Source: Candidatus Latescibacterota bacterium (GTDB lineage Bacteria > Latescibacterota > UBA2968). From it: 64,000 nucleotides of DNA. Both the position numbers and the translations under genes were made by a program. The stretch is from assembly GCA_965198115.1 (NCBI GenBank), contig OZ240241.1:5440001-5504000 (forward strand), read 5' to 3'. The notes beneath the pieces were generated by a model. That model saw only the letters and a list, made by a program, of their open reading frames with translations, made no database searches and was not told the origin of the DNA. Positions 63,270 through 64,000 of this stretch are shown in pieces (position 1 is the stretch's first letter; every line of letters begins with the position of its first letter).

Positions 63270-64000
63270 ATGCTCCTAGGTCTCATCGGTCTCGGTCTCG
63301 TCGGCTCCTCGCTCGTCGACCGTTTTAAGGCGGCCGGTTTCGACGTCATCGGCTACGACATCGAACCCCCGAAGGTGGACGACGCGGTCGGTCGCGGAAT
63401 GACCCGGGGGCATTCGGTGACTCACGTCGCGGAATCCGCTCGACGAGTCGTGCTGTCCCTCCCGAACTCGGACGTCGTCGACGATGTCGTGACCGGGACG
63501 GACGGTCTCCTCTCTGCCCTCCAACCCGGTGACCTGCTCATCGACACGACGACCGCCGATCCTGAACGGGCGGTCGAAATCGCCGGACACATCAGCCAAA
63601 AGAACGCCCACTTTCTCGACGCGACGATCCTCGGATCCAGCAAGATGGTCGCCGATGGAACGAGCCTCGTGATGGTCGGCGGCGACGCGGATCAGCTGGA
63701 ACGCGGTCGCGACATCCTCGACACCTTCGCTCGCAGAACCTTCCTGATGGGCCCCAACGGCAAAGGCGCGGAGGCCAAGCTCGTCGTCAACCTGGTCCTC
63801 GGACTCAACCGCCTCGTGATGGCCGAAGGGCTGATGCTCGGTCGAATAGCCGGCATCGACCCCCACACCCTGCTCGATGTCCTCAAAGCGGGCGTTGCCT
63901 ACTCCCGGACGATGGATTCCAAGGGTGACAAGATGATCGACGAGGATTTCTCTACCGAAGCGCGGTTGTCTCAACACCTGAAAGACGTCGGTCTTATCCT
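63270..64000 (+). CDS. 3-hydroxyisobutyrate/6-phosphogluconate dehydrogenase family, runs off the window
   Basis: MLLGLIGLGLVG, LSLPNS, IDTTT, FLDATILG, KLVVNLVLG, KD. Confidence 0.88.
   Translation, partial: MLLGLIGLGLVGSSLVDRFKAAGFDVIGYDIEPPKVDDAVGRGMTRGHSVTHVAESARRVVLSLPNSDVVDDVVTGTDGLLSALQPGDLLIDTTTADPERAVEIAGHISQKNAHFLDATILGSSKMVADGTSLVMVGGDADQLERGRDILDTFARRTFLMGPNGKGAEAKLVVNLVLGLNRLVMAEGLMLGRIAGIDPHTLLDVLKAGVAYSRTMDSKGDKMIDEDFSTEARLSQHLKDVGLI

Noticed and set aside
63276-63977. 233-aa minus-strand ORF and the many other long shadow ORFs (e.g. 33545-34657, 32360-33292, 2597-3502)
   Set aside because: They are antisense or alternative frames of recognisable genes in GC-rich DNA and have no motifs.

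Overview
A GC-rich (roughly 60% by eye) bacterial chromosomal segment. It carries mostly catabolic and transport genes (sulfatase, Gfo/Idh/MocA and aldo-keto oxidoreductases, dehydratases, amidohydrolases, an M81 peptidase, SSS/MFS/ABC transporters), three sensor histidine kinases, a DtxR-FeoA/split-FeoB iron operon, surE and typA. The gene content and an EF-hand/dockerin-like tail suggest a Latescibacterota/Gemmatimonadota-like lineage, but that is inference only. Between 16.8 and 40.8 kb there are seven IS copies from five families (IS256 x2, an IS200 tandem dimer, ISL3, IS630, ISAzo13), several with mappable ends, target duplications or adjacent deletions. Many accessory genes carry frameshifts, in-frame TGA codons or deletions; some look real and some could be long-read errors. 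The most notable observations are: (1) degenerate copies of a histidine kinase's own 3' end separating single-gene cassettes downstream of it; (2) an IS-interrupted secreted UxxC redoxin selenoprotein with an fdhF-like SECIS; (3) a promoter, leader ORF and terminator ahead of an ABC-2 exporter (candidate attenuator); (4) an ART-like/HEAT fusion protein; (5) two dispersed short-repeat families (7-mer and 9-mer period), one inserted in frame in a kinase domain. No rRNA, tRNA or CRISPR array was seen.
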